The notes beneath the pieces are model-generated. The model did not search any database. It saw only the letters and a program-made list of their open reading frames with translations, and was not told the DNA's origin. From an uncultured bacterium (lineage in GTDB: Bacteria > Actinomycetota > Actinomycetes > S36-B12), in contig CAVPPK010000006.1 of assembly GCA_963707385.1 (NCBI GenBank), positions 196,102-260,101 on the forward strand: a DNA stretch of 64,000 nucleotides, given 5' to 3'. Shown here piece after piece: positions 59,249 to 64,000 of this stretch. Within the stretch, counting starts at the first letter, position 1. Every line of letters begins with the position of its first letter. Both the position numbers and the translations under genes were made by a program.

Positions 59249-59934
59249 CCGCAGTGATCCTGCTGGCGCACGGCAGCCCCGACCCCCGGTCGAGCGAGGC
59301 GACGCACGCGCTGGCGGCCCGACTCGAGGGGCGCACCTTCGACACGATCGTCCGGGCTGCGTTCCTGCAGCACGACGAGCCCACGCTCGCGCAGGTGGCG
59401 CTGGAGCTGGCTCGGGAGGGCAGCACGAGCGCCGTCGTCGTGCCGGCCTTCCTGAGCAACGCCTTCCACGCCCGCGTGGACGTGCCGCAGGCCGTCCTGG
59501 ACGCGCAGGCCGAGTCCGGGCTCCGGCTGGACGTCACCGACGCCATCGGCCCGGACGGCGCGCTGCTGGCGGCGCTCGACCGCACACTCCCCGCAGGTCC
59601 CGCCGTGCTCGCTACCGCAGGCACCTCCGACGCCGAGGCGCAGGTCGCCTTCGAGCGGCTGGCCGCGGTCTGGGCGGATCGCCGGGGGGCGCCCGTCACC
59701 GTCGCGTACGCATCGCAGGCCGAGCCCGACATCGCCACGGCGGTTGCCCGGCTCGAGGAGGAGACCGGTCGGGCGGCGGCGATCGGGTCGTTCGTGCTCT
59801 TCCCCGGCGTACTGCCGGACCGGATCGCGGTGGCGGCCGGAACGCGCGCCGTCACCCGCCCGCTGTTCGCTGAGCTGGAGCTCCTCGACGTGATCGAGTC
59901 ACGCGTCGCGGCTGCCCTGCGTCGGGCGGCGTGA
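59245..59934 (+). CDS. sirB: Sirohydrochlorin chelatase (CbiX/SirB family)
   Basis: Intact 229-aa ORF. ILLAHGSPDPRS and a second half VLATAGTSD, typical of two-lobed CbiX. The position after cysH/cysG supports the call. Confidence 0.8.
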   Translation: MTAVILLAHGSPDPRSSEATHALAARLEGRTFDTIVRAAFLQHDEPTLAQVALELAREGSTSAVVVPAFLSNAFHARVDVPQAVLDAQAESGLRLDVTDAIGPDGALLAALDRTLPAGPAVLATAGTSDAEAQVAFERLAAVWADRRGAPVTVAYASQAEPDIATAVARLEEETGRAAAIGSFVLFPGVLPDRIAVAAGTRAVTRPLFAELELLDVIESRVAAALRRAA

Positions 59935-61146
59935 TGCTCGTCCTGCGCATCGACCACCGCGACGCCTCCGCGGCGACGATCGCCCGACTCGCGCGCGGCG
60001 CCGACGAGCTCGCGCGGCGACTCGCGGGCGAGCCCACCGTGCGCGGTGTCGTGATCCTGAGCACCTGCGCCCGGGTGGAGGCGTATCTCGATGCCGCGCG
60101 CTTCCACGATGCGCATCGAGTCTTCGTCGACGCCCTCGCCGCGAGCGCGGACCTCCCGATCGAGCACGTCGCCGCCCTGACCCGACATCACCGGGGGGTC
60201 GAGGCACTGGAGCATCTGTTCCGCGTGGCCGCCGGGCTCGAGTCGGCGGTGGTGGGCGAGGTGCAGATCGCCGGCCAGGTGCGCGACGCCCTCGCCGTGG
60301 CGCGTGGACAGGGCACGACGACGCGTCCGCTGGACATCGGCTTCGAGAACGCGATGCGCGTGTCGAGGCTCGCCCGCGAGCGGCTCGACGTGACGGAGGA
60401 ATCCATCGTCGCTGCTGCGCTCGACACGGTGACCGCGGACGTGCCTCACCTGACGATGGGTACGGCCGTCGTCGTCGGCACCGGGGAGTTCGCGCGCGCC
60501 TGCGTGCAGGAGCTGCGCCACCGCGGCGCCCACTCCGTGCTGGTGCATTCCCCGAGCGGCCGTGCCATGCCGGCCGGCCTGGCGGACGGTGTCGTGACCG
60601 ACGCGGAGCTGCCCAGTCGCCCTGATGCTGGCCGACGTCGTGGTCAGCGCGTCGGGCAGCGGCCGGGTCGTCATCACCGACGCGGTTGCCGAGCAGGCGC
60701 TGAGCGGCCGAGCGGCGCCCCTGGTGCTCGTCGACCTCGCGGCCGCCGGCGACGTGTCGCGGACCCTGGACCACCATGCGGACGTGATCCTCGTGCGCAT
60801 CGACAGCGTGCGCAGCCAGGCGGCGGGGGCCGAGGCCGCAGCGACGATCGCGGCCTCCGAGGCGGCAGCCCTGTACCCGCGCATCGAGGGGCGCGAGGTG
60901 GACGACGTGATCGTCGCGCTGCGCCAGCACGTCCAGGCGGCCGCTGGGCCCGCGTCCGCCAGCGACCCCGCCGTCGCCGAGGCGGTGCGACGGATCACGC
61001 AGGCCCTGCTGCATGCGCCCACCGTCCGTGCGCGCGAGGCCGCGCGGGCAGGCGAGCTCGAGCACTACCGGTCCGCTCTCGAGACGGTGTTCGGCATCAG
61101 CGGATCCTCGGTCGCGGCCTCGGTGAGCGCCGGAGGGGCGACGTGA
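59931..61146 (+). pseudogene. hemA: Glutamyl-tRNA reductase; one +1 break near 60620
   Basis: ILSTCARVEAY (catalytic Cys), HLFRVAAGLESAVVGEVQIAGQV, Rossmann VVGTGEFA, and the C-terminal dimerisation helix ...ITQALLHAPTVRAREAA. Confidence 0.85.
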
Positions 61147-62069
61147 CCGGCGTGCTGCGGCTGGGCACGCGATCCAGCGCGCTCGCGCTCGCGCAGTCCG
61201 GCCACATCGCTGCGGCCCTGCGTGCCCGGGGAACCGCGGTGGAGATGGTGGCGCTGACCACCCCGGGCGACGGCGAGACGCGCCCGCTGACGGGTCGCGC
61301 CAACGAGGGGATCTTCGTCTCCTCCGTGCGCGACGCCCTCCTCGAGGGCGCCGTCGACATCGCCGTCCACTCGTTCAAGGACGTGCCGACCGGCGAGGTG
61401 GACGGGCTCGTGGTGGGTGCAGTGCCGTCACGCGAGGATCCGCGCGACGCCGTCATCTCGCGGGCTCCCCTCGCGGATCTGCGCGCCGGCGCTGTCGTCG
61501 GCACCTGCTCCGTGCGCCGGGCCGCATGGGTGCGCCGGGTGCGCCCCGACCTGGCGGTACGCGACATCCGCGGGAACATCGACCAGCGGATCGCCCGGGT
61601 GACCAGCGGCGAGTACGACGCGATCGTCCTCGCCGAGGCCGGCCTCAACCGGCTCGGCTGCGCCACTCCCGGACGCTTCGCCATCAGCGTCACCGATCTC
61701 GTCCCGTCACCGGCCCAGGGGGCGCTGGCCATCGAATGCCGGGCGGCGGACGAGGCGACACGACTGCTGCTGCACGGGCTCGAGCACCACGCCACCCGAC
61801 TCGCCGCCGTGGCGGAGCGAGCCGTCCTCGCGGCCATCGATCCCACCGACGGCACCGCTGTCGGTGCGGTCGCCACGGTGCGCAGCGGGCGCCTGCACCT
61901 CCTCACCGACATCGCCCGACCGGACGGTTCCGGCCGGGTCGTGCTGCGCGCCGAGGGGATCGCGGCCCCCGGACGCGAGGGCATCCGCGCCGCGGTCGCT
62001 CTCGGCGCCTCCGCTGCGGCCCGGCTGCAGGACCGATCCGCGCAGTTCGGGGCATCGGTGGCGTCGTGA
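61143..62069 (+). CDS. hemC: Porphobilinogen deaminase (hydroxymethylbilane synthase)
   Basis: Intact. LRLGTRSSALALAQ, DIAVHSFKDVP, IRGNIDQRI, AIVLAEAGLNRLG, SPAQGALAIE. Confidence 0.93.
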   Translation: MTGVLRLGTRSSALALAQSGHIAAALRARGTAVEMVALTTPGDGETRPLTGRANEGIFVSSVRDALLEGAVDIAVHSFKDVPTGEVDGLVVGAVPSREDPRDAVISRAPLADLRAGAVVGTCSVRRAAWVRRVRPDLAVRDIRGNIDQRIARVTSGEYDAIVLAEAGLNRLGCATPGRFAISVTDLVPSPAQGALAIECRAADEATRLLLHGLEHHATRLAAVAERAVLAAIDPTDGTAVGAVATVRSGRLHLLTDIARPDGSGRVVLRAEGIAAPGREGIRAAVALGASAAARLQDRSAQFGASVAS

Positions 62070-62824
62070 AGGTCCTCCTCGTGCGGGCCGACGGCACGCC
62101 GGACGACGACGGGCACGAGCTCAGGTCGCGCGGCCTCGACGTCACGGCCGAGCCGTTCATCGAGGTCGTGCCGTGCACGGACGGCCAGGCCGCCTATCGG
62201 GCCGCGGAGCTGCTGAGCGCCGCGGCTGTGCCGCAGGCGTGGCTCGTCCTCACCTCCGCCGCGGGTGTCCGGGCGCTGGTGTCACTGCTCGGCCTCGACG
62301 AGGTCCGGGCCGGCATCGGGCATGCGCAGGACGCCGGTGCCGGTTTCGCCGCCGTCGGCCCCACGTCGGCCCGCGCGCTCACCGACCTCGGCGTCCTCGA
62401 CGTCCTCGTGCCGGAGCGCGCGCACACGGCCTCGGCCCTGCTCGACTCGCTGCGTCCCCTCGGCCCGGCCACCGCGGTGCTGCCGCGCAGCTCCATCGGC
62501 GACACGCTGCTGCCCGACACGCTGGAGGCCCGAGGCTGGGAGGTCGTCAGCCGAGTGGTCTACGAGACGTCGACGGTGTCGACTCCCCCGATCGCCGCGC
62601 ACCAGCTTCGCTCGGGTGGCTTCGACGCGCTGGTGCTGCGATCCCCGTCGGCCGCGCGGGCGGTCGCGCAGCTGGCCGGCCGGGTACCGGAGCACACGCG
62701 GGTCGTCGCCGGCGGCCCCACGACGGCGCTCACCGCTCAGCGCCTGGGCATCGCCGTGGCAGCGGTTGCCCGTGACTCGCGACCCGGGTCGATCGCCGAC
62801 GCGGTCTGCCAGGTGAACGCATGA
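62066..62824 (+). CDS. hemD: Uroporphyrinogen-III synthase
   Basis: Intact 252-aa ORF. The HemD-like repeat pattern is ([13 protein letters not shown] ... [13 protein letters not shown]). The position between hemC and hemB supports the call. Confidence 0.8.
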   Translation: MKVLLVRADGTPDDDGHELRSRGLDVTAEPFIEVVPCTDGQAAYRAAELLSAAAVPQAWLVLTSAAGVRALVSLLGLDEVRAGIGHAQDAGAGFAAVGPTSARALTDLGVLDVLVPERAHTASALLDSLRPLGPATAVLPRSSIGDTLLPDTLEARGWEVVSRVVYETSTVSTPPIAAHQLRSGGFDALVLRSPSAARAVAQLAGRVPEHTRVVAGGPTTALTAQRLGIAVAAVARDSRPGSIADAVCQVNA

Positions 62825-63814
62825 CGCCGCGACCGCCCATCACCGAGCGTCCCCGTCGGCTGCGCCGCACCCCGGCGCTGCGGCGACTCGTGCGCGAGAC
62901 CACCGTCGACCCGAGCGGCCTGATCCTCCCGCTGTTCGTCAAGGAGGGCCTGCGGGCGCCCGCACCCATCGCCTCGATGCCCGGCGTCGTCCAGCACGAC
63001 CCGTCCTCGTTCCGGGCCGCCGTCGGCGAGGCCGCCGCGGCAGGGGTCGGCGGGCTCATGGTCTTCGGAGTCCCCGAGGAACGCGACGCCCGCGGCGATG
63101 CCGCCTGCAGCGAGTCGAGCGTGCTGGCGGACGCCGTGCGCTGGGCCAAGGCGGAGGTGGGGGACGCACTGCCGGTCATCGCCGACCTGTGCCTGGACGA
63201 GTTCACGTCGCACGGCCACTGCGGCGTCCTCGACGCGCAGTGGCAACGTCGACAACGACGCCACGCTCGAGGTGTACGAGCGCATGGCTGCGGTGCTGGC
63301 CGACGCGGGGGCCGACATCCTCGGCCTGAGCGGGATGATGGACGGGCAGGTCGGCGCGGTTCGGGCGTCCCTCGATGCGGCCGGCCGCACCGACGTGGCC
63401 CTCCTGGCCTATGCGGCGAAGTACGCGTCGGCGTTCTACGGCCCCTTCCGGGATGCGGTCGAGTCGCAGCTCGACGGCGACCGTCGCAGCTACCAGCAGG
63501 ACCCGGGCAACCGCCGCGAGGCAGCGCGCGAGGTGCGGCTGGACGTGGCCGAGGGCGCCGACATCGTCATGGTCAAGCCGGCGCTCGCGTATCTCGACGT
63601 GATCTCCGACGTCAGCGCGCAGGTCGACGTGCCGGTCGCCGCGTACGTCGTGTCGGGGGAGTACGCCATGGTCGAGGCGGCGGCAGCGGCGGGCATGATC
63701 GACCGCGAACGGGCCATCGCCGAGGTGCTGACCTCCGTGACGCGGGCCGGGGCCGGCATCATCGCGACCTACTGGGCCACCGAGGTCGCCCGCTGGGCGC
63801 AGGAGCGGTCATGA
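62821..63814 (+). pseudogene. hemB: Porphobilinogen synthase (delta-aminolevulinate dehydratase); one +1 break near 63240
   Basis: [57 protein letters not shown] (Schiff-base Lys), [21 protein letters not shown]. Confidence 0.93.
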
Positions 63815-64000
63815 CGCAGTCGGAGGACCTCTTCGCTCGTGCGCGCGCGGTCATGCCGGGCGGCGTGAGCTCACCGGTGCGCGCGTTCCGGTCGGTCGGG
63901 GGAACCCCGCGATACGTCGAGCGCGCGCGCGGCTCACGGATCTGGGACGTCGACGGCCGTGAGTACGTCGACCTCGTCGGCGCCTGGGGGCCCATGATCC
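63811..64000 (+). CDS. hemL: Glutamate-1-semialdehyde 2,1-aminomutase, N-terminal part (continues beyond window)
   Basis: [60 protein letters not shown] is the canonical HemL N-terminus. ATGA overlap with the hemB stop. Confidence 0.88.
   Translation, partial: MTQSEDLFARARAVMPGGVSSPVRAFRSVGGTPRYVERARGSRIWDVDGREYVDLVGAWGPMI

Overview
High-GC (about 70% by eye) actinobacterial chromosome segment, almost entirely core housekeeping. Gene order: grpE-dnaJ-hspR with clpB directly appended; a PLP aminotransferase, secreted hydrolases and proteases; pyrE, fbaA and purA. A dispersed purine set follows (purD-purB-purC(-galE), purS-purQ-purL, purF-purM), then an Fe3+-type and a polyamine-type ABC importer and a lone SF2 helicase. 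Next come DUF3073-vdh-bldC, a SulP permease, and two staphylococcal-nuclease-type secreted nucleases flanking ppk2. The window ends with a nine-gene chain with overlapping stop and start codons: sirA-cysH-cysG-sirB-hemA-hemC-hemD-hemB-hemL. I found no rRNA, tRNA, CRISPR array, transposase, integrase, prophage or recognisable defence system, and I cannot point to a convincing new multi-gene system. The dominant anomaly is technical-looking. About a hundred reading-frame breaks, roughly 90% of them net +1, interrupt genes that are otherwise perfectly conserved. Genes interrupted in this way are listed as pseudogene 'as sequenced', though I think most breaks are consensus errors. The clearest unexplained sequence-level signal is a palindromic repeat family. 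The exact 17-mer TTGACCCAGATGCTGGG occurs three times, at two loci, with CCCAG cores spaced about 31 nt apart. Other observations are a DtxR/IdeR-like iron box, a 14+14 nt TetR-type operator, a 19-bp perfect hairpin between convergent genes, two candidate leader ORFs and the SNase-LTD-LTD nuclease. All coordinates near frame breaks are approximate.
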